DNA from: an uncultured Pseudobdellovibrionaceae bacterium
GTDB lineage: Bacteria; Bdellovibrionota; Bdellovibrionia; Bdellovibrionales; UBA1609
Direction: 5' to 3'
Length of the DNA stretch: 64,000 nt
Assembly (NCBI GenBank): GCA_963803705.1
Contig: CAWDNU010000003.1
Coordinates: 224,001-288,000, forward strand
Shown: one piece after another, positions 41,894 through 52,949 of the stretch
How the letters are laid out: each line of letters opens with the position of its first letter
How positions within the stretch are numbered: position 1 is the first letter of the stretch
Notes under the pieces: model-generated
Told to the model about the DNA's origin: nothing
What the model saw: the letters and a program-made list of their open reading frames with translations, nothing else
Database searches by the model: none
Made by a program: the position numbers and the translations under genes

Positions 41894-43687
41894 CTAAGCA
41901 GTTACATTTAGTTGACCAGTTTGCACATCCCACAAATCTTTGTAGACAGAATTATTTGAAATTAGGTTAGCATGGTTTCCTTTCTCGATAATTTGGCCAT
42001 TTTGTAAAACAATAATCTCATCACAGCTAACAATTGTAGATAGCCTATGGGCGATTATTATTTTCGTTTTATTTTTCAAAACTTTTTCCAAATTTTTTTG
42101 CAGTTTTGCTTCCATTATATTGTCTACAGCACTCGTTGCTTCGTCCAGCACAACAACAGGGCTTTTCGCAAGTAGCATACGAGCAATTGAAAGTCTTTGT
42201 CTCTGACCACCTGAAAGCCGTTGCCCTCGCTCTCCTACAACTGTCTGGTACTGTTCGGGTAAAGACTGTACAAAATCATGAATGCAAGAGGTTTCGCAAG
42301 CATTAAAAACCTCATTGTCTAAAGCTTCAGGATTAGAAAATTTTAAGTTTTCTAAGATCGTGCCATGAAAAAGGTAAACATCTTGACTGACTATAGCTAT
42401 CGCCGACCTTAAAGAAGCTAAATTATAATCTTTTAAATTTACTTGGTCTAAAAAAATTGACCCTTTGGTTGGATCGTAAAATCTTTGTAACAATTTTATC
42501 AATGTGCTTTTACCAGATCCCGTAGAACCTACTATTCCAATTGATTTGCCTTGTTCAATAGTTAAGTTAAAGTCACTAAGGATCTCGACTGCGGGTGTGT
42601 AGGAAAAAGAAGTGTGTTTAAACTCGATTTTTCCCTTTAAAGCTGCTTTCTCTTTTATTAAATCACCGGAGCAAAGCTCAACCGGGGTTTTAAGTAAATT
42701 AAATATTCTGTAGACGCTTGCCATAGCTCTTTGAAATAAGTCTAAGGTTTGACCCAACCTAGTTAAAGGCCACAACAATCTTTGAATTAAAAAAATAAGA
42801 ACTGAAAAAGTTCCAACTTCAAGTTGACCATCTAGTGTTAAGCGTCCACCAACTAACAAGGTAGTAAGAAATCCACACATCACTAAAATACGAATTAAGG
42901 GTGTAAATATCGAGCTTACATATATGGCGCGTTCATTAGAGGCGTAATAGCTAAGTGATAACGACTCAAGTTTTTTGTAGCTCTCATGTTCTCTAGCAAA
43001 GCTTTTGATGGTGGTCATACCTTGTAAACTGTTATTAAGCTCGCTAATCAGTAAACCCACTTTGCCTCGAACACTTGAGTACAAGGGGGTTAAAAACCCT
43101 TGAAACCAAATTCCAGCAAATACAATCAGTGGCATCGTTATAAAGCTAAGCAAAGCAAGGTAAGGACTTTTAAAAAAGTAGATACCACCTATAACCAAAA
43201 CAGTCACAAATACCTGAATTAAGTCGTTGATACCACCGTCTAAAAAGCGCTCTAGTTGGTTCACATCGTCATTAATTATAGAAATAAACTCTCCGGAATT
43301 TTGACCCTCTAAAAATTTTTGATCTAATCTTAAAAGGTTTTGAAAACTATCCATTCTAAGCATGTGTTGAATGCGCTGAGCTAGCTGCTTCCATTGCACC
43401 GCAAATAAAAATTCAAATAGTGATTCCAAAAGCCATACGATAACAGTAAAAAAAGCTATAATAAGTAGTTGATCAAATTGCGTATAGTCACCATAGCTGG
43501 CTAAAAATGATTGATCTTTTTTTACTATGGTGTCTACAGCTAAACCAATCAGTAATGGTGGAAATAGGTCAAAAACTTTATTTAATATAGAAAAACAAAC
43601 TGCAGATATTATTTTTAATTTGTAGTCCGACGCGTAGGCATACAATCTAAGTAAGGTTTTAATTTGATTTTCGCTATTTTTGATCAT
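41894..43687 (-). CDS. ABC exporter, fused permease/ATPase
   Basis: 6-TM domain, GSTGSGKST, LSGGQRQR, LDEATSAVD. Confidence 0.93.
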   Translation of the reverse strand: MIKNSENQIKTLLRLYAYASDYKLKIISAVCFSILNKVFDLFPPLLIGLAVDTIVKKDQSFLASYGDYTQFDQLLIIAFFTVIVWLLESLFEFLFAVQWKQLAQRIQHMLRMDSFQNLLRLDQKFLEGQNSGEFISIINDDVNQLERFLDGGINDLIQVFVTVLVIGGIYFFKSPYLALLSFITMPLIVFAGIWFQGFLTPLYSSVRGKVGLLISELNNSLQGMTTIKSFAREHESYKKLESLSLSYYASNERAIYVSSIFTPLIRILVMCGFLTTLLVGGRLTLDGQLEVGTFSVLIFLIQRLLWPLTRLGQTLDLFQRAMASVYRIFNLLKTPVELCSGDLIKEKAALKGKIEFKHTSFSYTPAVEILSDFNLTIEQGKSIGIVGSTGSGKSTLIKLLQRFYDPTKGSIFLDQVNLKDYNLASLRSAIAIVSQDVYLFHGTILENLKFSNPEALDNEVFNACETSCIHDFVQSLPEQYQTVVGERGQRLSGGQRQRLSIARMLLAKSPVVVLDEATSAVDNIMEAKLQKNLEKVLKNKTKIIIAHRLSTIVSCDEIIVLQNGQIIEKGNHANLISNNSVYKDLWDVQTGQLNVTA

Positions 43688-44631
43688 GAGATAGGTATTA
43701 CTCCCATATGGTTTTTTTTCATTCTTTTGAGTTCATCGGGTATATGATTTAAAATTTCTAATGACAAAGCACTAATTATTTTCTGTTTATTGAAACTGCG
43801 ATTATAAACTAAACTAACTTGCCTAGAGGGCACAGGTCTTCTGAACGCTTTTAGCTGTCTAATTTTCTCGTCACTGCTTAAATTTAGAGTCGCTAGGTAT
43901 GGAAGTAGAGTATAACCCTGACCTTGCCGAATCAAATTTTTTAAAGTTTCCAAATTTCCACTTTCAAAAGTTATATTGCTTAGAACAGTATTTTTATCCT
44001 TGAACCCACAAATACCTGCCACTTGATTCCGGAAGCAGTGACCTTCATTTAAAAGCCACAAAGTTTCACCTTCCAAATCAGATTCATTTAAGATCTGCTT
44101 TTTTGTAAACGCATGTCGCTGGGCTACAAATGCGTAAAAAGGTTCTAAAAAAAGCAGATGTTCCTCTATGGCCTCATTCTGAATTGGTGTTACCAAAAGA
44201 CCAGCATCTATTTTATCTGCGTGTAGTAGCTCTATAATTTCAGATGTTTTGTTTTCATTTATGGTAAGTTCAACATTAGGATAGTTTTTTGAAAAACTTT
44301 CTACAAAAAGCGGAACAATATAAGAGGACAATGTAGGGATCACGGCTAACTGAAATTTTCCTTGAGCCATATCACTATTAAGTTCAAGATTCATCAAACG
44401 ATGATGTTCCAGTAAAACGTTTTTGGCTTGCCTAATGACTTTTAGACCAGATTCAGTTGTTATTATAGGTTTTTTTGATCGATTAAAAATAGTAACATTA
44501 AGCTGTTCTTCTACTTTGTGTATTTGAGCGGACAAAGAGGGTTGCGAAACATTGCGCGACTCGGCTGCTCTTCCAAAGTGCTTAAATTTATCAACTGCAA
44601 TTATGTATTCTAATTGTGTCAAAGTTGGCAT
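43684..44631 (-). CDS. oxyR: H2O2-sensing LysR regulator OxyR
   Basis: HFGRAAE..VSQPSLS HTH; EGHCFRNQVAGIC with both redox Cys. Confidence 0.9.
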   Translation of the reverse strand: MPTLTQLEYIIAVDKFKHFGRAAESRNVSQPSLSAQIHKVEEQLNVTIFNRSKKPIITTESGLKVIRQAKNVLLEHHRLMNLELNSDMAQGKFQLAVIPTLSSYIVPLFVESFSKNYPNVELTINENKTSEIIELLHADKIDAGLLVTPIQNEAIEEHLLFLEPFYAFVAQRHAFTKKQILNESDLEGETLWLLNEGHCFRNQVAGICGFKDKNTVLSNITFESGNLETLKNLIRQGQGYTLLPYLATLNLSSDEKIRQLKAFRRPVPSRQVSLVYNRSFNKQKIISALSLEILNHIPDELKRMKKNHMGVIPIS

Positions 44632-44729
44632 AATTGGATCTCTTAATTTTTATTCACTTCATAAGGCGTTTAATTAAATTTAATAGAAAAAGAGAAAGAC
44701 TATGAATAGCTACTTCGAATAAATTATAA

Positions 44730-46139
44730 CTATCTTATGGGGGAATCTTGACACCTTGCAAGTTCATTAGGTGAATCTGAGCTTAGCTTATTATATGCAT
44801 CCCTAAGGGCAGTCCTTAATCCTTCTTCTATCACTGGATGGTAAAATGGCATTTGCAAACACTCTTGAACCGTCAAATCTAGCGACATGGCCCAAGCAAT
44901 TAAGTGAGCTATGTGTTCACCATCAGGGGCTTGTAATTCTGCTCCTAAAATCTTGTGTGATTTAGAATCTACATATACGTGTAATAATCCCTGCTCTTTT
45001 AGCTTAACGATACTACGCCCCTGGCCTTCAAAGCTAACTTTTCCAGTCACAAATTCAATATTTTGATTGTCTAAATCCTTAAATTTTTTACCAATTGCAG
45101 CTATGTTTGGATCGCAAAAAGCAATCCCTAAAGGTACTCTTCTTTTAAAACACTGTTCTTCATTGACCGCATTAAACCCAGCAATAAAACCTTCATCAGC
45201 TGCCTCATGCAAAATAGGTCTATCTGAATTTGCGTCTCCTGGTAAAAATATATGAGGAGCTTCAACCAACTTCATAGTATTAGGGTCGACAGTTGGCTTG
45301 TCGTCTTTTAGGGGAATTTTTAAACTTTCTAATCCTAAGCCTTTGATGTTCGCAGATCTACCCACAGAAACCAGTGCTTTATCAACTTCGTAGATTTGAT
45401 TCCCAGCTTTGAATTTTAATTTCTTATTTTTTGTTATTTCTAAAAATTCCAATCCATCAAGAAAAACTGGAAATTCACTCTTTAGTTTTTCTGCAACATA
45501 GCTTTGAATTTCGGGGTCGGAAACACCAGAAATTGCTGGACCCATATTTGCGCCAATGACTTTTACACCCAATCTGCTTATGGCTTGGCCAATCTCTAAA
45601 CCTATTATTCCAAGACCTACAACCACCACGGATTCAGGAAGTTCGTCTAGTTCAAAAAATGAATCTGTAGTAAGAATAAAATCTGAAAAATCCTTAAATT
45701 TATCTAAAACAATAGGGTGTGACCCAGTTGCAATAATAACCTTGTCAGCTTTAACTTTTTCATCACCAATAAGAAGTTCATGTGGTCCTAAAAAGGTTGC
45801 CCGCTTTTGAACAAGATGACTGTCCCATGACTGCATAGGGTTTTTGACACCTCGGACGAACCTATCTCTTAAGAATCGGACGTGCTGCATGACCAATTTA
45901 GAATTTACTTTTAAGTTATCCTGTCCAGCTATACCAACCTGTTTAAATTTTTTAGTCTGGTTAAAATCGTTAGCAACTTGTAATAGCGCTTTTGAAGGCA
46001 TACAACCCACGCGTGCGCAGGTTGTACCGAGTGGACCATCATCCGCTACGATGTAATTACTAGTCTTTTTTTCGACTTCCTTTCGGGCTGTCAAACCAGA
46101 AGTTCCAGCGCCGATAATTACAACATCATAGTGCTCCAT
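44730..46139 (-). CDS. Pyridine nucleotide-disulfide oxidoreductase (Lpd-like partner of Prx5-Grx)
   Basis: GAGTSG, GTTCARVGCMPSK, LHEAADEG, PFYHPVIEEG. Confidence 0.9.
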   Translation of the reverse strand: MEHYDVVIIGAGTSGLTARKEVEKKTSNYIVADDGPLGTTCARVGCMPSKALLQVANDFNQTKKFKQVGIAGQDNLKVNSKLVMQHVRFLRDRFVRGVKNPMQSWDSHLVQKRATFLGPHELLIGDEKVKADKVIIATGSHPIVLDKFKDFSDFILTTDSFFELDELPESVVVVGLGIIGLEIGQAISRLGVKVIGANMGPAISGVSDPEIQSYVAEKLKSEFPVFLDGLEFLEITKNKKLKFKAGNQIYEVDKALVSVGRSANIKGLGLESLKIPLKDDKPTVDPNTMKLVEAPHIFLPGDANSDRPILHEAADEGFIAGFNAVNEEQCFKRRVPLGIAFCDPNIAAIGKKFKDLDNQNIEFVTGKVSFEGQGRSIVKLKEQGLLHVYVDSKSHKILGAELQAPDGEHIAHLIAWAMSLDLTVQECLQMPFYHPVIEEGLRTALRDAYNKLSSDSPNELARCQDSPIR

Positions 46140-46214
46140 ATTTCGTCCTTAGTCCCTTGTCCCAAAGTTTCACTCATTTCAACGTTCAGCTCATTTCATC
46201 TTTAAACTAAAAAG

Positions 46215-46952
46215 CTATTTGTAGATTTTTTTTAAATTGTCTGCGCCCCCGATGCGCTCGCCATTCATAAAGACTTGGGGTACAGTTGTTGTACCGCTTA
46301 CAGCCATCAAGGTTTTGATAGTGTAGTCTTTATTTAAAATATGCTCTTCGTATTTAATTTTATTTTTGTCTAAAATACTTTTAGCTTCAGCACAATGTGG
46401 GCAACCTGGTCGAGAAAAAATAGTTGCTGATTTCGGAATTTGTGCACCCAAATGCTTAAGCATTGTGTCAGCGTCTGAAACACTGAAAGGGTCCCCTGGC
46501 TTTTCTTCTTCTACAAAAACCTTTTCTATTTTACCATCGTTCACCAACATCGAATAGCGCCAGCTTCTTTTGCCAAACCCAATCGCAGATTTATCGACTA
46601 AAAACCCTAGTTTTTCAGAAAACTCACCATTGCCGTCGGGTAGCATAACTAAGTTTGATGCTTTTTGTTCATCTTGCCATGCATTCATCACAAAAGAGTC
46701 ATTTACAGATAAGCAAACTACTTCATCAATTCCATTTTCTTTAAAAGTGTCAAAAAGCTCATTATATCTAGGTAAATGAGTAGAGGAGCAAGTAGGCGTG
46801 TAGGCTCCGGGTAAGGCAAATAACACGACTTTTTTACCTTTAAAATAATCGTCACTAGTTTTTTTTACCCATTCATGTCCAACTCTGGTTTGAAACTCGA
46901 TGGTGGGTACAGTTTTACCAACTAACTTTTCACTTAGATCATTTATACTCAT
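46215..46952 (-). CDS. Hybrid peroxiredoxin-5/glutaredoxin (Prx5-Grx)
   Basis: LPGAYTPTCSSTHLP, SVNDSFVM, GKRSWRYSM, C-terminal CPHC and TVPQVF. Confidence 0.94.
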   Translation of the reverse strand: MSINDLSEKLVGKTVPTIEFQTRVGHEWVKKTSDDYFKGKKVVLFALPGAYTPTCSSTHLPRYNELFDTFKENGIDEVVCLSVNDSFVMNAWQDEQKASNLVMLPDGNGEFSEKLGFLVDKSAIGFGKRSWRYSMLVNDGKIEKVFVEEEKPGDPFSVSDADTMLKHLGAQIPKSATIFSRPGCPHCAEAKSILDKNKIKYEEHILNKDYTIKTLMAVSGTTTVPQVFMNGERIGGADNLKKIYK

Positions 46953-47028
46953 TTAAATCTCCTTTAATGTTTACTTATAAAATATAGCTAGGGCTAATAT
47001 CTTAAATACAATATCGTTCAAAGTAGCA

Positions 47029-47074
47029 ATAGTTTCAAATATAATTCTGTTATAATGCGATAGGATCAAACTAT
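47029..47074. promoter_or_regulatory. Putative OxyR-binding site
   Basis: ATAG-GATCAAA-CTAT at 47060-47074 matches an OxyR half-site; ATAGTTT...AAACTAT inverted ends; upstream of the Prx5-Grx gene. Confidence 0.55.
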
Positions 47075-47178
47075 TGACGATTCTGGCTTGTTTAATGCTG
47101 ATCAGAAGCTGTCATTTTGCAAAAATTGATTGGAATGATCGATTTATGAAGATAGTCTTTAAATTTTGAAGGACTGCG

Positions 47179-48342
47179 ATGAGCATTGAAGAGCGGGTAT
47201 ATTTTGATCACAACGCTACTACACCTGTGGATAAAAGTCTTTATCCATTAATCGATAAAATTGTAAAAGAGTGGGGTAATCCTAGCTCTATTTATTCCTT
47301 AAGTCGAAGTCCTAAAAAAATTTTAAGAGAAGCCAGGCAATCTTTTGCAGAAAAGATGAGTTGCCACCCCCTTGAGATAATTTTTACCAGTGGTGGTAGT
47401 GAATCTAACAACTTCGCTTTGAAGGGACTAGAAAGCTACTTCAAGAAAGTAAAAAAAGACACAATGATAGTCTCTTCGGTAGAACATCCTGCAGTTTTAA
47501 AGACGGCTCAGTATCTTGAAACCAAGGGCTTAAATGTTTGGTATATACCAGTATCTAAGTCTGGCGAGTTAGACACCGATTTCTTAGAAGATCATTTAAA
47601 AAACAACAAGGTTGGTTTAGTTTCTGTAATGGCAGCTAACAACGAGACCGGGGTAATCCACCCTATTACTAAGCTTTCAGCTTTAGCTCACAAATATCAG
47701 TCTTTAATTCACACTGATGCAGTTCAACTTATAGGGAAGACCAGTTTGAATTTTATGGAAATGGATGTGGACCTGGCTTCCTTTTCTGCACATAAATTTT
47801 ATTCCTTAAAAGGAGCGGGCGCTCTTTACTGCCGAAAAGGATTAAATTTAGACAGCTTAATCCACGGGGGCGGTCAAGAACGGTCTAGGCGCGCAGGGAC
47901 CGAAAATGTTTTGGCCATAGCGTGCATGAAACATATGATAGATAGATTAAATGATTTAGAAAGTAAAATGTCCTACATAAAAGGTTTAAGAGACAGCTTT
48001 GAAACCCAAATTAAAATTAAAATTCCCAAAATTGAGATCACTGCTCAAAATCAAAATAGACTAGTAAACACATCCCACGTGATCATCGAAGGTACCGACG
48101 GTGAAAATTTATTGATGAATTTGGACTTAGCTGGATTTGAAGTGAGCACCGGAGCAGCTTGCAGCGCTGGAAGCCCAGAGCCTAGCGCCGCGCTGTTAGC
48201 CATGGGCTATCACCGAAGCGAAGCTCAGTCGTCATTGCGTGTTTCTTTCGGCAAAGACAATAGCGTAAATGAAGTCGATCGATTTATAGCCGTGCTATCC
48301 CAGGTTGTGCCGCATCTTCGGAAGATCAAAAGCCAAATTTAG
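47179..48342 (+). CDS. iscS: Cysteine desulfurase (IscS/NifS group I)
   Basis: YFDHNATTP, GNPSS, FTSGGSESNN, SAHKFY, STGAACSAG; upstream of mnmA. Confidence 0.9.
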   Translation: MSIEERVYFDHNATTPVDKSLYPLIDKIVKEWGNPSSIYSLSRSPKKILREARQSFAEKMSCHPLEIIFTSGGSESNNFALKGLESYFKKVKKDTMIVSSVEHPAVLKTAQYLETKGLNVWYIPVSKSGELDTDFLEDHLKNNKVGLVSVMAANNETGVIHPITKLSALAHKYQSLIHTDAVQLIGKTSLNFMEMDVDLASFSAHKFYSLKGAGALYCRKGLNLDSLIHGGGQERSRRAGTENVLAIACMKHMIDRLNDLESKMSYIKGLRDSFETQIKIKIPKIEITAQNQNRLVNTSHVIIEGTDGENLLMNLDLAGFEVSTGAACSAGSPEPSAALLAMGYHRSEAQSSLRVSFGKDNSVNEVDRFIAVLSQVVPHLRKIKSQI

Positions 48343-48482
48343 TAAATTTCAATCAATCAATTCTCAGGTCTACAACTGATTTAATTCGGACTTTTTCTTA
48401 TGCTGCTTCTTTTGATATCTAGTCACTAAAAATAATATAATCTAACTTGGTCTTTTAGACCGCGTCTGCTATAGAACTTATC

Positions 48483-49610
48483 ATGAACCCAACTATTAGA
48501 AGCGCCATAGATTTGACAAGCCAAGCTAAGAGACCAAAAGTTTTAGTGGCAATGAGTGGCGGCGTGGATAGCTCCGTCGCAGCCTCTTTATTAGTTGAGC
48601 AAGGCTACGATGTTATTGGTTGTACTATGCAGGTCTGGGATTATACAAATAATCAAAGTTGTAGCACCGAGCAAGAGGGTAACGGAACTTGCTGCTCAAG
48701 CACAGATGTTGACGATGCGCGGGCAGTTGCTGATCGCTTGAATATTCCATTTTACGTTTTGAACTGTGAAAGTGAATTTCAATCTAAAGTGATAGACCCA
48801 TTCATTGAGTCTTATTTGCAGGGTGAAACACCCATTCCTTGCGTGAATTGCAACACCTACCTAAAGTTTGATCACTTAATAAAAAAGATGAAAGCCCTGG
48901 GGTGTGATTATTTAGCAACTGGTCACTACGCGCAGATGGTGAATATTAGTGGCAAGAAAACGATTAAAACAAGCTCGGATGATTGGAAAGATCAAACTTA
49001 CTTTTTGTTCACGCTAGAGCCTTCGGTTTTAGACTATTTGCTATTTCCAGTAGGTGATATGGAAAAGCCAAAAGTTCGTGAATATGCAGAAGCAAACGAC
49101 CTAGTTGTAGCGAAAAAAAAAGATTCCACTGGAATTTGTTTTATTGGAAATGGTAAGTATTCGGAGTTTATCGAAAAAAGAGTGTCGCCAGATCTTTTAG
49201 TTCAAGGCCAGCTACTTAAATACCCTTCAGGTGAAATGTTGGGGAACCACGATGGTCTTCACCACTTTACGTATGGTCAAAGAAAACGCTTGGGAATTTC
49301 GTACTCTGTGCCCTTGTACGTAAAAAAAATCGACTACGAGTCTGGTTCTGTGTGGCTAGCTGAAGAAAATGATCTTTACGAAAGTAAAATGAATATTAAA
49401 AATTTTAATTTTCTAAACGAATTTAGTGAAGACGAGATTTTAAAAATAAAGATTCGTTTTCAACATCGCGGGGCAGAAGCTAAAGTCAAAAAAAATGATG
49501 ATGGCACAATGACTGTTCAGTTTTTAGAGCCTCAACGTTCAATCACGCCGGGACAAGCGGCAGTTTTTTACAGAGATCAAAATTTGCTTGGCGGCGGTTG
49601 GATTATTTAA
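48483..49610 (+). CDS. mnmA: tRNA 2-thiouridylase MnmA
   Basis: AMSGGVDSSV, TPIPCVNCN, ATGHYA, KDQTYFL, GICF, TPGQAAVFY. Confidence 0.97.
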   Translation: MNPTIRSAIDLTSQAKRPKVLVAMSGGVDSSVAASLLVEQGYDVIGCTMQVWDYTNNQSCSTEQEGNGTCCSSTDVDDARAVADRLNIPFYVLNCESEFQSKVIDPFIESYLQGETPIPCVNCNTYLKFDHLIKKMKALGCDYLATGHYAQMVNISGKKTIKTSSDDWKDQTYFLFTLEPSVLDYLLFPVGDMEKPKVREYAEANDLVVAKKKDSTGICFIGNGKYSEFIEKRVSPDLLVQGQLLKYPSGEMLGNHDGLHHFTYGQRKRLGISYSVPLYVKKIDYESGSVWLAEENDLYESKMNIKNFNFLNEFSEDEILKIKIRFQHRGAEAKVKKNDDGTMTVQFLEPQRSITPGQAAVFYRDQNLLGGGWII

Positions 49611-49666
49611 TATTGATATTATAAAGTTTCAAATATTAGATTCTTTAACCTAGAGATATTAAAATC

Positions 49667-52093
49667 ATGATGTCCTTTAAGAGTAAGAGTAAGTATAAGT
49701 ACGTTATTTTGTTCCTCCTGTTGCTATTAATGCTAGCTTTTTTTCTGACATTTTATTTTCTAAATTACAACCAGACCATATCAAAGTCAGGCAGTCTAAA
49801 GCTCGTTGGGCTAAAAGAAACTGTCCAAGTTTATACTGACAAATATGGCGTTCCTCACATTAGAGCTTTAAACGACCATGATATGATGATGGCTTTGGGA
49901 TTTGTCATGGCTTCGGATAGATTATGGCAGATGGACTTACTTCGGCGAATTGGATCTGGCCGTTTAAGCGAAATCTTAGGACCGAAGCTGCTTGAAACAG
50001 ATATTTTCTTAAGAAAGTTGGGTTTAAGGCGTCATATGAAACAGGTCTGGGCAGAGCAAAAAAAACAAGCCCCAACTCATATGCTGATGCAAATAGACGC
50101 TTATTTAGAAGGGGTAAATAGTTATATCGAGCAAGGTCCTAGACCCTTGGAAATTAAAATTCTAGGTTATCAACCAGACCCTTTCACCATGGAAGATGCC
50201 TTAAGTGTTGCCGGTTACATGGCGCTTAGTTTTGCAGAAGGTTTCTTTGTGGATGTCATGTATACAGACCTTTTAGATGAACTTCCAAAAACTGAAGTTG
50301 ATTTAATATTTCCAAAAATGCAGTTGGATAAAAACATTCCTAACACCGTAAATTTCAAGAATAAAAAATTAAGAAATTTAAGTTCTAAAGATTTGAAATA
50401 TTTATATTCAAATGTTTTTAATATTGTTTCTAACCTTAAAGACCGGTTTGGATTGTTTCAAGGTAGTAACTCCTGGGTGTTATCAGGAGATAGAAGCAAG
50501 TCAGGTAAACCAATTTTAGCTAATGATCCCCACATAGCATATGCAAGTCCCTCTGTTTTTTACGAGGCCCATATACAATCACCAACATTTGAAAACTATG
50601 GACATTATATTCCACTCGTTCCATTCCCAGGCCTAGGGCATAACCAACACAGAGCGTGGGCCATCACGATGTCTAAATCTGACGACTTAGATTATTTCAA
50701 AGAGGTTTTTCATCCTTCGAAGCCAGAAGTGATGCATAAAAATAAGTACGTTCCTTACACGATTTACAAAGAAAGCATAATTGTAAAAGGGCAAAGTAAA
50801 CCACACATAGAGACGGTGATAGTGACTCCTCATGGGCCTATGTTGGATGGCACTAAGTATGTTAGAAAAGACCAGTCTTTGTCGCTGTCTTGGCAGTTTT
50901 TAAACCCGACTAATAATCCTGCTCTGTCATTTTATTTGTTATCCCAAAGTAAAGACCTTGACGATCTTGCACCGGCATTAAGGCACTCTGCAGCTCCTGG
51001 GTTTAATATAAGTTTTGTAGATTCAAAAGGTAACATCGGTTGGCATGTCATGGGTAAAATACCGGTCTTGCCCAGAGCTTCAAATGGTCTGGTAATCAGG
51101 GAAGGGCATTCCGGTGATGATGATTACTTAAGGTATTTAGATATTATGGAAAATCCCCATATTTACAATCCTGACAAGGGCATGATAATTTCCGCTAACC
51201 ACAAGCATGATGTTCGTGGCCTCATACCTTGGATTGGTTTGTGGCAGCCAAAAGATAGAGTCATAAGATTACAGAACCTGTTAGAGCAAAAGAAAAAGTG
51301 GGATCTAGAGTCTTTAAAGAGCGTTCAGACTGATGAGCATGTGACTTTTTATAAAACTTTTTTAAAAGATTTTTTCAGTGAGTTAAATCCAAAAAGCAAG
51401 CTAGAAAAGCAGGTCTACTTGTTTATGAAAAAATGGGACGGTAGCTCTTCTATCGATAATATTGAAGCCACCGTTTACCATACAATCATGTTGACCCTAC
51501 TTAGAAATTTGATAGCAGATGAGCTGGGCGAGGAAAGGTTTAAAGTCTATACTGTAGGTTCTGATGCTTTCGCTTTTTTATTTCAAATCTTAAGACGAAA
51601 TGATTCCAGATTATGGGATAATATCAAAACCAAGCCAGTTGAAAGCAAAACGCAAATTATAAATAAAACTTATTCGGAAAGCCTGACTTTTTTAGAAAAT
51701 AAACTTGGACAAAATTTTAAGAATTGGCAGTTTAAGCGTCTAAAGACTTTGGAATTTAAACACGTATTAGGGCGCTTTTTCCCTTTGGACAAGATATTCA
51801 ATTTAGGCCCTTATCCTGTAGGTGGCGGTGCCAATCAGGTCAACTCCATGGGCGTGACAAGGTCAGATCTTTCTTTCAAAGTTTTTTACGGCCCCGCAAC
51901 AAGAAGGCTTATCGACATGAAAGATCCAACTCATTCCTACGGATTGTTACCGACGGGCAACTCTGGTCATAGGTCATCCTCACACTATTCAGACCAAGTT
52001 GAGTTGTTGATCAGCAATAGGTATCGAGCTCAAAATATGAATTTTAAAAGCTTGGAAAAACCTGTGCAAAAGCTGACACTGCTACCGAAGTAA
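49667..52093 (+). CDS. Penicillin acylase family (Ntn hydrolase, peptidase S45)
   Basis: DKYGVPHI, DRLWQMD, GSNSWV, LANDPH, GNSGH..HYSDQ. Confidence 0.93.
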   Translation: MMSFKSKSKYKYVILFLLLLLMLAFFLTFYFLNYNQTISKSGSLKLVGLKETVQVYTDKYGVPHIRALNDHDMMMALGFVMASDRLWQMDLLRRIGSGRLSEILGPKLLETDIFLRKLGLRRHMKQVWAEQKKQAPTHMLMQIDAYLEGVNSYIEQGPRPLEIKILGYQPDPFTMEDALSVAGYMALSFAEGFFVDVMYTDLLDELPKTEVDLIFPKMQLDKNIPNTVNFKNKKLRNLSSKDLKYLYSNVFNIVSNLKDRFGLFQGSNSWVLSGDRSKSGKPILANDPHIAYASPSVFYEAHIQSPTFENYGHYIPLVPFPGLGHNQHRAWAITMSKSDDLDYFKEVFHPSKPEVMHKNKYVPYTIYKESIIVKGQSKPHIETVIVTPHGPMLDGTKYVRKDQSLSLSWQFLNPTNNPALSFYLLSQSKDLDDLAPALRHSAAPGFNISFVDSKGNIGWHVMGKIPVLPRASNGLVIREGHSGDDDYLRYLDIMENPHIYNPDKGMIISANHKHDVRGLIPWIGLWQPKDRVIRLQNLLEQKKKWDLESLKSVQTDEHVTFYKTFLKDFFSELNPKSKLEKQVYLFMKKWDGSSSIDNIEATVYHTIMLTLLRNLIADELGEERFKVYTVGSDAFAFLFQILRRNDSRLWDNIKTKPVESKTQIINKTYSESLTFLENKLGQNFKNWQFKRLKTLEFKHVLGRFFPLDKIFNLGPYPVGGGANQVNSMGVTRSDLSFKVFYGPATRRLIDMKDPTHSYGLLPTGNSGHRSSSHYSDQVELLISNRYRAQNMNFKSLEKPVQKLTLLPK

Positions 52094-52259
52094 AGGTTTT
52101 CGTTTATTGATACTAACAAAGTTTAATTGTATGCAGTTTTGCTGGATGGAAACTGACACTTTAAGGTCATTTCTTCAAATAATTAACTTAATCATTGAGA
52201 AAATCCTAAAATTAGTGCATAAATTCAAAAAAACGTTGGACTTGGAGTCCTTGACCATT

Positions 52260-52949
52260 ATGAAGCTAATATTGAATCGATTCAGAAATTCTGATTATTT
52301 TGAGCTTGCGCTCATTCATCGCAGTTTCCCTTTTAAAAATACAAAACTAGATCCAATGGGTCACAATGAGCGATTAGAGTTTATTGGGGATGCTGTTTTA
52401 GGCCTTGTTGTTGCAGCTGAATTGGCCTCAAGGTTCTATGAGTCTGATGAGGGTATTCTTTCACAGATGCGATCCTCGCTTGTCAATGAATCCGCTTTAG
52501 CAGAAATCGCTAAAAATTTAGGTTTAAATGAAGATTTAAAAATGTCTTTTCAAGAAGAGAAAAATGGTGGGCGTGAAAAAAGTAGGATCTTAGCCTCTGC
52601 CTTTGAAGCCGTAGTTGGAGCACTGTATTTAGACTCTGGTTTTGACATTACTAGATCCTTTATTATTGAAGTGTACAAAGATATATGGCCGACAACCCAG
52701 ACCCGCCATTCTTGGGATAAAGACTATAAAACCCAGCTTCAAGAAATGTCACAGAAAATTTCTAAAGAGTGCCCTGACTACATCTTACTTGATCAAAACG
52801 GTCCTGATCACGAAAAAGTTTTTAACATAAAAGTTAGCGTTTTAAACCATGCTTTTGAGGCAATGGCTGCTTCAAAAAAACAAGCCGAACAGTTAGCAGC
52901 TAAAAAAGCTGTTCAATTTTTTAAAAAAGAAGAAGGGTTAATTCTATGA
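52260..52949 (+). CDS. rnc: Ribonuclease III
   Basis: HNERLEFIGDAVL, FEAVVGALYLDSG, C-terminal dsRBD (DYKTQLQE, GPDH); start at the ATG at 52260. Confidence 0.96.
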   Translation: MKLILNRFRNSDYFELALIHRSFPFKNTKLDPMGHNERLEFIGDAVLGLVVAAELASRFYESDEGILSQMRSSLVNESALAEIAKNLGLNEDLKMSFQEEKNGGREKSRILASAFEAVVGALYLDSGFDITRSFIIEVYKDIWPTTQTRHSWDKDYKTQLQEMSQKISKECPDYILLDQNGPDHEKVFNIKVSVLNHAFEAMAASKKQAEQLAAKKAVQFFKKEEGLIL

